Virus record (IMG/VR): IMGVR_UViG_3300039916_000027
Coordinates: 1 to 36,019 of that record
Reading direction: 5' to 3' (one strand)
Source of the DNA: a virus
Lineage: Duplodnaviria; Caudoviricetes
DNA length: 36,019 nucleotides
Positions 1-7,555 of the stretch are shown here, piece by piece. A model generated the notes under the pieces. That model was not told the DNA's origin, ran no database searches, and worked only from the letters and a program-made list of their open reading frames with translations. Numbering within the stretch: the stretch's first letter is position 1; the number at the start of each line of letters is the position of its first letter. The translations under genes were made by a program, and so were the position numbers.

Positions 1-228
1 AAAGCCCGGCGGTCCCGAACGCTGACGCGAAACTTGCTCCCGTGGCTGCCGGATCATCTGGTCCCAGCCTACCGCGATATGACGCGCAAAGGCACGCCGC
101 CGGCTGTGGCGCGCGCCGCGCTCGAGCCGGAGATCCCCGGCACCGCGGCGCATACGGCACGGGTCCTGGCAAATGTTCGCGATGCCCAGCGGATCCGCCA
201 AGAGCGCGATCAGGCGCAGGCATACTGA
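1..228 (+). CDS. Hypothetical phage protein, 5'-truncated by the window edge
   Basis: Frame 1 is open from base 1 to TGA 226-228, which overlaps the next ATG (TGATG). Confidence 0.6.
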   Translation, partial: KARRSRTLTRNLLPWLPDHLVPAYRDMTRKGTPPAVARAALEPEIPGTAAHTARVLANVRDAQRIRQERDQAQAY

Positions 229-1469
229 TGCCCGCCCCGCAGATCCTCATCGGTGACGTCCGCGAGCAGCTGGCGCTCATCCCGTCAAATTCGGTCGACT
301 GCTGTGTCACGTCCCCTCCCTATTGGGGTCTGCGCGACTATGGCGTCGTCGGCCAAATCGGGCTTGAGCCGACGCTGGGCGAGCACCTCGCCGTGATGGT
401 CGAGGTGTTCCGCGAAGTGCGCCGAGTCTTGAAAGCGCAGGGCACCTGCTGGCTAAACTATGGTGACTGCTATGCGGCCGCACCCAACGGGAAGTCGGCA
501 GAAGCCTACAAGGCCGACGGCACCGACGACCGCACGTTCCGCGACAAGCCGTTCTCGACGGTTGGGCCGATCTACGACCCGAACCACCAAGGTGGCCGGA
601 ACAAGACGCCAAACATCGGCGGCTCCAGCGGAAAGGGTCAAGCGCCCTCCCGTGGTGCGATCGTCGCCGGTGGGTTCCTAAAGCCGAAGGATCTCTGCAT
701 GATCCCGAACCGGCTTGCGATCGCGCTGCAAGACGACGGCTGGTACGTCCGTTCGGAGATCATCTGGCATAAGCCGAACCCGATGCCGGAGAGCGTCTAC
801 GATCGCCCAACGACCGCGCATGAGAAGATCTGGCTCCTCAGCAAGAGCGAGGAATACTTCTACAACCACGCGGCAATCCGTGAACCGGTCACCGGCGGCA
901 CGCACGCTCGGCGCCCCGGGCCCAACTCGCGCCAGAATGTCGATCGCGTTCCGGTACCGCGCAAGGTTGGCACCGGAGTCGGCTGGGGGCACCAGGATCG
1001 GGTAAACCCGTCCGAGGGTGACCGCGGCCGCGGCAGGATCGTCGGCAAGATCGCGGAGACGGGAACGGGACCGCGCAACAACGCCAGCTACGATGCTGCG
1101 ATCGGGAACTTCACCGGCGATACGAAGAACGCGCGGAACGTCTGGACGATAGCCCCAAAGCCGTTCCGCGAAGCCCACTTCGCCACCTTCCCGCCCGCGC
1201 TCGCCTCGCGCTGCATCAAGGCGGGCTGCCCGTTGACCGTCTGTGGATACTGCGGCGCGACTGAAGGCTGTGGCGCGATCTGCGAGACCTTCGACCGCAA
1301 GCCGGGCGTGGTGCTCGATCCGTTCGGCGGCGCTGGGACGGTCGGGCTTGTCGCGGAAGAGATGGGGCTCGGCTCCATCCTGATCGAGCTCAACCCCGAA
1401 TACGCCGCGATCGCTGATCGCCGGATTTCCGCGGCGCGCACACCAATCACCAAGGGAGAACGACCATGA
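228..1469 (+). CDS. DNA methyltransferase, N4-cytosine/N6-adenine family (beta-class motif order)
   Basis: Catalytic motif VTSPPY near the N-terminus, IIWHKPNPMPES, HFATFP, and SAM-binding VLDPFGGAGT near the C-terminus; start set at ATG 228 by TGATG coupling. Confidence 0.93.
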   Translation: MPAPQILIGDVREQLALIPSNSVDCCVTSPPYWGLRDYGVVGQIGLEPTLGEHLAVMVEVFREVRRVLKAQGTCWLNYGDCYAAAPNGKSAEAYKADGTDDRTFRDKPFSTVGPIYDPNHQGGRNKTPNIGGSSGKGQAPSRGAIVAGGFLKPKDLCMIPNRLAIALQDDGWYVRSEIIWHKPNPMPESVYDRPTTAHEKIWLLSKSEEYFYNHAAIREPVTGGTHARRPGPNSRQNVDRVPVPRKVGTGVGWGHQDRVNPSEGDRGRGRIVGKIAETGTGPRNNASYDAAIGNFTGDTKNARNVWTIAPKPFREAHFATFPPALASRCIKAGCPLTVCGYCGATEGCGAICETFDRKPGVVLDPFGGAGTVGLVAEEMGLGSILIELNPEYAAIADRRISAARTPITKGERP

Positions 1470-1705
1470 GCGAGACCATTGCAGCCGACCAGTTGCGCCT
1501 GATCATCGAGAGGGTGGAACGGCTCGAAGAAGAGAAGAAGGGGATCAGCGACGATATCGCCGACGTCTACGGCGAAGCCAAGTCCACCGGCTTTGACGTG
1601 AAGACGATCAAGACGATCATCCGCTTGCGCCGCATGGAAAAGCACCACCGCGACGAGGCCGAGATGCTGCTCGAGACCTACAAGCAGGCGCTGGGGCTGG
1701 CCTGA
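1466..1705 (+). CDS. gapR: GapR/DUF2312-family nucleoid-associated DNA-binding protein
   Basis: QLRLIIERVERLEEEKKGISDDIADVYGEAKSTGFDVKTIKTIIRLR...LLETYKQALG matches the DUF2312/GapR signature; ATGA overlap. Confidence 0.9.
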   Translation: MSETIAADQLRLIIERVERLEEEKKGISDDIADVYGEAKSTGFDVKTIKTIIRLRRMEKHHRDEAEMLLETYKQALGLA

Positions 1706-1962
1706 TGCGCCTGCTCGCCTTCCTGTCCCGCAAGCGGCGGGACGACCTGGCGGCAATGTCTGACCAGGAACGCGCACTCGTAGAGCAGCAAATCGCTGCA
1801 ACTGCCCGGATCGAAAGGATCCGGGCAGACATCGACGCAAATCTGCAGCGTCGGAAGGCTAGCCGCGCTGCCCTCAACGAACGCGCCCGCAAGGGTGTGG
1901 AAACCAAGATGCAGGCGCAGGTCGCTCGCGATCCGTTGCTGCGCGAACAGGTGATATTCTGA
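1705..1962 (+). CDS. Hypothetical basic coiled-coil protein
   Basis: 85-aa ORF coupled by TGATG at both ends. Confidence 0.7.
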   Translation: MRLLAFLSRKRRDDLAAMSDQERALVEQQIAATARIERIRADIDANLQRRKASRAALNERARKGVETKMQAQVARDPLLREQVIF

Positions 1963-2207
1963 TGAGCCTCCCGTCATCGTACGACACCGCTCGACAAGCA
2001 GGGCTCAAGATCCTGGACGCGATCGAAGATTGCCAACCACAACTTAGCCCACTTGATGCCACGGCAGCCATGGCGATCGCACTGGGCAGCATGATCGCAT
2101 CTATGGACGAGTTGGGTCTGACCAAGCCTGGTCGCGCTGGCACCATGCTCAAGACGCTGTTCGAACTTGCTGAGCAGGTCGCGGCAGAAGGCATGGGTGC
2201 CAAATGA
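1962..2207 (+). CDS. Hypothetical protein
   Basis: 81-aa ORF coupled by TGATG and ATGA overlaps. Confidence 0.7.
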   Translation: MSLPSSYDTARQAGLKILDAIEDCQPQLSPLDATAAMAIALGSMIASMDELGLTKPGRAGTMLKTLFELAEQVAAEGMGAK

Positions 2208-2983
2208 GCCGTATCCGATCAATACACCCCGGCTTCTTTACCGACGAAGACCTCGTGTCCGTCAGCGTCTCCGCCCGCCTGCTCTTCCTCGGCTTGGGCG
2301 TCGAAGCTGACGACAAGGGCATGTTCGAGTGGAAGCCGCTGACGATAAAGATGCGGATATTCCCGGCCGATAATGTCGACGTCCCTGCACTTCTCGGGGA
2401 ACTCGTAGGGGCTAACGCCATCTGCCCCTACGAAATCGACGGCCGTAAGTTTGGTGCAATTCGGAACTTCCGCAAGTTCCAGCGCCCCAAAACCCCCAAC
2501 GACATCCACCCCAGCACCGCCGATATCCGAAATTACGTCGGCTTACCGGACGCCAATTCCGAACCATTTCCCCGAAAAGGGGAAAAGGCTCCGCAGATGG
2601 AGGATGGAGGAGGGAAGATGGAGGTGGGGAAATCCGATGCTGACGCATCGGCGGCGGCACCCGCCACTCCCGTCGAACCGGTCGACCCCGAAAAGGTCAT
2701 GTTCGACCAAGGCCGCCGCCTCCTTGCTGACGCCGGGATTCTGAACGGGAAAGCCGGCGGCATCCTCGGAAAGTGGAAGCGCGACCACGGAGCCGAAGCG
2801 GTGATCGTCGCTCTCGGCAAGGCTCAGCGCGAAGGCGCAATCGACCCAATCAGTTTCATCGAAGGATGCTTCCGCAATGGCAAACGACCTCACCAAGACC
2901 GACCGAGCGGACCAATCGAGAGCCGTCGGCGCTTTCGCGAACAGCACGATGTGGAACCTGACCTCGGCTATGGCCCAGGCTGA
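2204..2983 (+). CDS. Putative phage replication initiator / replisome organizer
   Basis: N-terminus MSRIRSIHPGFFTDEDL...ARLLFLGL..EADDKG is typical of phage initiators; low-complexity linker with short repeats and a helical C-terminal domain. Confidence 0.75.
   Translation: MSRIRSIHPGFFTDEDLVSVSVSARLLFLGLGVEADDKGMFEWKPLTIKMRIFPADNVDVPALLGELVGANAICPYEIDGRKFGAIRNFRKFQRPKTPNDIHPSTADIRNYVGLPDANSEPFPRKGEKAPQMEDGGGKMEVGKSDADASAAAPATPVEPVDPEKVMFDQGRRLLADAGILNGKAGGILGKWKRDHGAEAVIVALGKAQREGAIDPISFIEGCFRNGKRPHQDRPSGPIESRRRFREQHDVEPDLGYGPG
2560..2700. repeat. Candidate origin/iteron region inside the initiator gene
   Basis: GATGGAGG x3 (2596, 2603, 2617); inverted repeat TTTCCCC/GGGGAAA 2567-2585; CCCCGAAAAGG at 2570 and 2686. 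Confidence 0.4.
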
Positions 2984-3566
2984 GGGCGTGGATCTCGCGA
3001 GAGTGATTGCCGCCTACGAGCATGGGCTGATGCCGCTTGCCGAGGCTGAACCGAAAGGCAAATCTCGCCGCAACCCTGATGCCGCTGGTGAATTCACGAC
3101 GCTGCTCGGCGATGATCTGGCGATGATCGCAACGAAGATCGCGCCGACGCTGTCGACCTTGCAGTCCGACGCGTGGATCAAGGTGATGTGCGTCGCACTT
3201 GCCGACCTGCCCGGCCGTGTCGCGCGCGAGGCTGCAACGGCTGCGCTGCATCGACCAATGAAGTTTCTCAACGAGGTCGAGACGGTCATTCGAGACGAGG
3301 CCGCGGCCATCACGATTCGGCATTCGGTAGCACTCCGCCGTCTTCGTCAGTTGGCAGACGCGATCGCGTGGGCAGCGAAGACATCTACCACCCTGCCCGA
3401 GGACGATGTCAGCACAGGGCCCATACCACCGGAGCGGATCCGCGCCCTCAGCGGCTTGGAAGGTTGGCCTGCGTTCAAGAGGATTGGGTTGACCACCGGC
3501 AGCTTTACGCAGGACGAGATCGACGCGGCGCTGTCCGATCCCGTTGAGCAGGCGGAAGCCGCATGA
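2877..3566 (+). CDS. Hypothetical replication-associated protein (possible helicase loader/inhibitor)
   Basis: 229-aa ORF directly after the initiator; GAAGGA upstream of ATG 2877; alternative start at 2949; function inferred from position only. Confidence 0.6.
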   Translation: MANDLTKTDRADQSRAVGAFANSTMWNLTSAMAQAEGVDLARVIAAYEHGLMPLAEAEPKGKSRRNPDAAGEFTTLLGDDLAMIATKIAPTLSTLQSDAWIKVMCVALADLPGRVAREAATAALHRPMKFLNEVETVIRDEAAAITIRHSVALRRLRQLADAIAWAAKTSTTLPEDDVSTGPIPPERIRALSGLEGWPAFKRIGLTTGSFTQDEIDAALSDPVEQAEAA

Positions 3567-3985
3567 TGCCGCCGGTCGTAACCGCGCTTATCGAGGCGGC
3601 CCCCTCCATCCGGGTCGAGGTCATGTCCCCAGCCTTCCGCAAGATCCACCTCGGCGACGGTCGTGCGCTTCACCACTTTACCGCGGGTGACGAAGGTGAC
3701 GAGTTCCACGATCACCCGTGGTCGTTCACATCCGAGGTGTTGGTCGGCGGATATGCCGAGGATGTCGTCGTGCGGATGAATCCATTCACCGTGGTGGAGC
3801 AGCGCCGTCTGCCCGGCATGACGCACGACGTCACTGCCGCCCATGTCCATCGCATTACCCGGCTGCTCGGGCCGGAGTGTTGGACGCTGGTGACTGCGGG
3901 TCCGGTCGTAAGCGACGTCTACTTCTATCGACATCGCGAAGGCGGTGTTCAGTGCCGGCGGTGGAACGAGGCGTGGCCCTCATGA
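3563..3985 (+). CDS. Cupin-like protein
   Basis: HDHPW...GGY.E...HVHRI...WTLV metal-binding cupin-like pattern; ATGA coupling. Confidence 0.65.
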   Translation: MMPPVVTALIEAAPSIRVEVMSPAFRKIHLGDGRALHHFTAGDEGDEFHDHPWSFTSEVLVGGYAEDVVVRMNPFTVVEQRRLPGMTHDVTAAHVHRITRLLGPECWTLVTAGPVVSDVYFYRHREGGVQCRRWNEAWPS

Positions 3986-4542
3986 GGGCGCTGGATCGTC
4001 TCCGGGCCGAGCTTGCCCCGATCGAGCCCTTGATCCGCGAGGGGCGGTTCTTCGCTCGTCTGACCTGCTCAATCTGCGGTGGGCATGACGAATGGTCTTC
4101 GTTGCACGCGCCTGCCTCCAACATCATCCGCAAAAAGTGCGCCGACAAGGGCTGGGCAATCGGCCGTCGCCTGTCCTGCCCCACCTGCACTGCCAAATCG
4201 AAGGAAGCCAATATGCCCAATGCCACCAAGCCCGCCATCAACATGGAAGCGATCGGGAAAGTGCATAAGCTCCTCGGCAAGCACTTCAACAACGAGACTG
4301 GCCAGTTCGATGCGGGCTGGTCGGATCAGAAGGTCGCGAGCGAAACCGGGTTGGCACCCGATGCTGTGGCGGCGTTCCGCAAGGCTTCGTTCGGTGAATT
4401 GAAGGAAGCCCCTGAAGTAGCGGCATTGCGCGGCGATATCGCGTCTCTGGCGCAGCTTTACAAAGAACACGCCGACACGATGGTCAAAGAGATCGCGGCG
4501 CTGCGAACGCGCTTGCAGAAAATCGCACCGGTTACGCCGTGA
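3982..4542 (+). CDS. Hypothetical Zn-ribbon / DNA-binding protein
   Basis: CSIC...CPTC cysteine pairs and an HTH-like WSDQKVASETGL segment; start ATG 3982 overlaps the upstream TGA. Confidence 0.65.
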   Translation: MRALDRLRAELAPIEPLIREGRFFARLTCSICGGHDEWSSLHAPASNIIRKKCADKGWAIGRRLSCPTCTAKSKEANMPNATKPAINMEAIGKVHKLLGKHFNNETGQFDAGWSDQKVASETGLAPDAVAAFRKASFGELKEAPEVAALRGDIASLAQLYKEHADTMVKEIAALRTRLQKIAPVTP

Positions 4543-4589
4543 CCGCGGCGCGCATCATCAATTCAGCATCTAGGTTCAAGGGGTGGGTA

Positions 4590-5165
4590 ATGGGTAAGGC
4601 AACGGCATCTCGACGGATCAAGGCACGGCCCCAGCGTGCCGCGCCGTCGGTGACGCTTGAACAGGATGCGACGCCCCAGCGGCTCGCAATGGGTGCGGTC
4701 AGCGTCGTCGAGGCACTGCGCGCGACGGGCGAACGCATGGCGAAGGTTCGGCGCTTGGTGCCGCCGATCGACACGCTTCTGGCCAACGGCAAAATCACCG
4801 AGGACGAGCACCGCGCCCTGACCTACTACCGCGACCAGGCGGACATGGCGAACCGGTCGCCCATTAAGGACAGTCTGAACAGAACGGTGAGCGCGGCCGA
4901 AGGTCAGGGTCTATCGGCCGCCCTGACGTCTGCTATCTTTGCGACAGCACGGATCGAGCGCGAAATGGGTCAGCTGTCTGAAATTGCCCGCGCTGTGGCT
5001 GTCGATGACCTGTCGATTGCCCAGTGGTGCATCCTCAAGCATGGTGGGCGTGAGCGATACGACGGCAACGGACGCTTCGTCTGCATTGTGCCGCTGAGGG
5101 AAGTAAAGAGCGTGAAGATTGCGATTTTGGAGCTGCGGATGGCTGCGCACCGCATCGTACGTTAA
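4590..5165 (+). CDS. Putative late transcription regulator (Q-position gene)
   Basis: Last early-region gene before the candidate late promoter; helical C-terminus ARAVAVDDLSIAQW...AILELRMAAHRI; start could be GTG 4539. Confidence 0.5.
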   Translation: MGKATASRRIKARPQRAAPSVTLEQDATPQRLAMGAVSVVEALRATGERMAKVRRLVPPIDTLLANGKITEDEHRALTYYRDQADMANRSPIKDSLNRTVSAAEGQGLSAALTSAIFATARIEREMGQLSEIARAVAVDDLSIAQWCILKHGGRERYDGNGRFVCIVPLREVKSVKIAILELRMAAHRIVR

Positions 5166-5196
5166 AAGTTTGGGCACACCATGAAAGTTTAAAAAT

Positions 5197-6189
5197 ATGC
5201 GCCAAAGGAAAAGTCATCGCGCAGTTGGCAAATTAAGGCATAGGTTCGGTAGGAGTCTTCTCGCCCCGACACTTTTTGGCCTTGTTGTGACAAGCTTTGG
5301 GCTGGGAGTTGCGATGGATGATCTCAGCACAGTAGGCCTGCGGCAGATGCCTCGCTATCATAGCGACACGGCAGCGCATTCACAGCCGGACCGATTGCAA
5401 ATCACCAAGCCACAGTCCCTTAAAACACCTTGCAAGGATATGGTCGGAGTCAACGAGAGCTCCCTATGCGCACAGTGGCTTTCGACCCAGGCCAGTGATT
5501 CTAGCGCGTACTGGGCGGGATTGAGCTTTTGGGTAGGTTTATTGGGGTTAGCTGGCCTTATATTGTCGCTAGCTTACACCAGAAAAGCTCTGCAGAGTGC
5601 GACAGACGCTGCAATTTCCTCCGAAAAGGCCCTAGAGATTGCCGATACGAACGCTAAGTTGGCGATCGATCAATTTCAATTTAGCAAGGTAACGTCTCAG
5701 CAAACTTTGCGAGCTTATCTTCATTTGAAAGATATAATTGTATCTGATTTAAGCAGCAAGCCCCTATCGGTTTACATAAACGCAGTTAATCATGGAGAGA
5801 CGCCTGCATATAATATCAGGCTATATAATGCTATTGATATTCAGTTGACAGGTTCCGTATATGAAACAGCGGAACCATCCCTGAAAGATACAGCGAAATC
5901 TTGGCCAATCGCTAAAGGGTCGACATTCTATGGCTCGTTTGATCCATATTCCCATACTCCACATGACCCAATTGTGGCGAAGCAGTTATACGAGGATTTG
6001 AGATCTGGTTTCCTAATTATGCATTTAATCGGTCGAGTCGAGTACGAAGATATTTTTGGAAACCAACACCAATCGGGATATCATGTATGCGTGGGTGGGC
6101 CCGGGGGCGCGGAGCTTCAGAAGTCTGATCTTCTTCCAGGTCCCGTTTTAACGCCGTGGTTTTGGACAAGCGGCAATGAGGCCTCTTAA
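5197..6189 (+). CDS. Lower-GC moron: uncharacterized membrane protein
   Basis: 330-aa ORF with visibly AT-richer codons (TTA, ATA, AAT); hydrophobic segments near aa 20-40 and 105-127, then a coiled coil and a RAY..NHGETPA..GRVEYEDIFG domain. Confidence 0.8.
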   Translation: MRQRKSHRAVGKLRHRFGRSLLAPTLFGLVVTSFGLGVAMDDLSTVGLRQMPRYHSDTAAHSQPDRLQITKPQSLKTPCKDMVGVNESSLCAQWLSTQASDSSAYWAGLSFWVGLLGLAGLILSLAYTRKALQSATDAAISSEKALEIADTNAKLAIDQFQFSKVTSQQTLRAYLHLKDIIVSDLSSKPLSVYINAVNHGETPAYNIRLYNAIDIQLTGSVYETAEPSLKDTAKSWPIAKGSTFYGSFDPYSHTPHDPIVAKQLYEDLRSGFLIMHLIGRVEYEDIFGNQHQSGYHVCVGGPGGAELQKSDLLPGPVLTPWFWTSGNEAS

Positions 6190-6239
6190 TATGGCTTGGC
6201 CAGCTACCCATGCGTACAAGCGCAGGCTTACCGACGGCA

Positions 6240-6268
6240 TTGACATCTCGCGGATAAGTCGATAGCGA
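6240..6268 (+). promoter_or_regulatory. Candidate late promoter (pR'-like)
   Basis: TTGACA (6240-6245), 17-bp spacer, TAGCGA (6263-6268), located between the Q-position gene and the packaging genes. Confidence 0.5.
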
Positions 6269-6289
6269 AACGCCATCCTTTTAGAACTG

Positions 6290-6530
6290 CGCCCGGAAAC
6301 GGCCGCGGCTCTTTCTGTTTCTGGGCGACGTGCCCGATCAGTTCGGTTGGCTGACTGTTCCCCTCCCTGGCGGTCAGCACACCCCCTCACCGACGCGCGC
6401 GACGAGACATAGGCGATCGGGCAAGCCCTTGATCGGCCGACTGATGGTGAGGAAAGACGACAGCCTGCATGAAAGGGCCGCGGCTAAACGTTCGCCTGGA
6501 TCCTGATACTGGGGCTCAAGCGAACGTCAT
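6290..6530 (+). ncRNA. Candidate structured late-leader RNA
   Basis: Stems 6290-6302/6315-6327, 6331-6339/6415-6423, 6350-6357/6371-6378 and 6488-6495/6520-6527; long-range complementarity 6302-6315/6471-6484 and 6385-6391/6446-6452. Confidence 0.45.
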
Positions 6531-6950
6531 TTACAAGCCGATCCTAGGCTCACTGTAACGCTACGCCAGCTGCGGATCCGGAAGGAAGAACGCGAGACAG
6601 CCGAAATTTCTTCACCAACATTGGTTTAGTAAGCGCACGTTTAGCCATATGTCCCTATGGCCGTTGCATGGGTGAGATTGAACGGCAGGTTCCCGCAGGA
6701 CTTATTGAGCAGTGGGCGGCGCATCTGCGCCGCCAACGTTCGAGGGCCGCGGATACGATAAGGTTAATCGATAACGGCTTCAGCGTACATGATGGCCGAA
6801 ACGGCGTCCCGACCGCAGATGCTTCAGCGCGGGTCAGGAAAGAGCAAGCATCCATCGTCGAGGAAGTGACGGCGCTCCTCGATCAGTACGATGCCATAAA
6901 CCTGCGCGGTTCCCAGTTCGCCTGACCGCTACGTGGCGGTGAGGAAAGAC
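6446..6950 (+). repeat. 13-bp direct repeat GGTGAGGAAAGAC (6446-6458 and 6938-6950)
   Basis: Exact repeat 492 bp apart; the second copy is the ribosome-binding region of the HNH gene. Confidence 0.85.
6668..6925 (+). CDS. Hypothetical protein (small moron)
   Basis: 85-aa helical ORF inside the direct-repeat-flanked segment; weak RBS. Confidence 0.55.
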   Translation: MGEIERQVPAGLIEQWAAHLRRQRSRAADTIRLIDNGFSVHDGRNGVPTADASARVRKEQASIVEEVTALLDQYDAINLRGSQFA

Positions 6951-6951
6951 A

Positions 6952-7290
6952 ATGGCCGACAAGCGTAAGCCTTGGCAGCGAGCCGAGCCGGACAACCGGC
7001 TGCGCGGTCGTGCCGGGCAGAAGCAACGTCAGCGCCGCATGGACCGGACTAACGGCCTATGCGAGATGTGTGACGAGGAAGGGCTCGTCGTCCTTGCCAC
7101 CACGGTCAACCATAAGGTGCCGCTCGCACACGGGGGCGAAGACACGGACGAAAACACCGAGAACCTTTGCGCTCGGCATGACGCGATCGTCACGGCGAAG
7201 CAGTTCGGCAAGTCTGTGCCAGTCACTGGCAAGGGCATTGGGCGCGACGGTCGACCGACCAGCGCGGATCATCCGTGGAACCGCCAATGA
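6952..7290 (+). CDS. HNH endonuclease (terminase-associated, HK97 gp74-like)
   Basis: LCEMC...VNHKVPLAHGGEDTDENTENLCARHD motif, immediately upstream of terminase. Confidence 0.9.
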   Translation: MADKRKPWQRAEPDNRLRGRAGQKQRQRRMDRTNGLCEMCDEEGLVVLATTVNHKVPLAHGGEDTDENTENLCARHDAIVTAKQFGKSVPVTGKGIGRDGRPTSADHPWNRQ

Positions 7291-7427
7291 TGGCCGATGA
7301 CACGATTCCCTACCGCCGCCCGGGCGGCACCTATCGAGGCTTGCTCGGCGCGTATCCGCCCCGTCCTGTCACGCCAGACAACCTAACGCGCCAGCGCGCG
7401 CGCGCTGCAGCCCGAACCGCGGCGTAG
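7287..7427 (+). CDS. Small 46-aa hypothetical protein (MMADDTIPYRRPGGTYRG...)
   Basis: ATGA overlap with the HNH stop, open to TAG 7425-7427; below the ORF-track length cutoff. Confidence 0.4.
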   Translation: MMADDTIPYRRPGGTYRGLLGAYPPRPVTPDNLTRQRARAAARTAA

Positions 7428-7430
7428 GGC

Positions 7431-7545
7431 TGACCGACCCCCCCCCATCGAAAGTCTGAAGCCGATCGGGTCGGACACCGAACCGCTCCTCCGTACGCAC
7501 TGAGAGCAGATTTTAGGGGGGGAGGGTTTCCGCCGCTTCCGCCGA
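7431..7545. other. Probable cos/packaging-initiation region
   Basis: Non-coding gap between HNH and terS with C9 (7438-7446), G7 (7516-7522), inverted repeat CCGACCC/GGGTCGG and direct repeat TTCCGCCG; this is the usual cos position in HNH-terminase phages. Confidence 0.5.
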
Positions 7546-7555
7546 AGGGGACCGG

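Noticed and set aside
42-227. ORF-track N-terminal extension of the methyltransferase (similar extensions at 3718, 9788, 14747, 29150, 30304)
   Set aside because: These overlap upstream genes; RBS or stop-start coupling supports the downstream starts used here
6441-6460. CTGATGGTGAGGAAA resembling a hammerhead ribozyme core
   Set aside because: Not CUGANGA, and no stem II between the CUGA and GAAA elements
6190-6660. Possible tRNA in the structured intergenic region
   Set aside because: No T-loop GTTCRA in a cloverleaf context and no acceptor stem found
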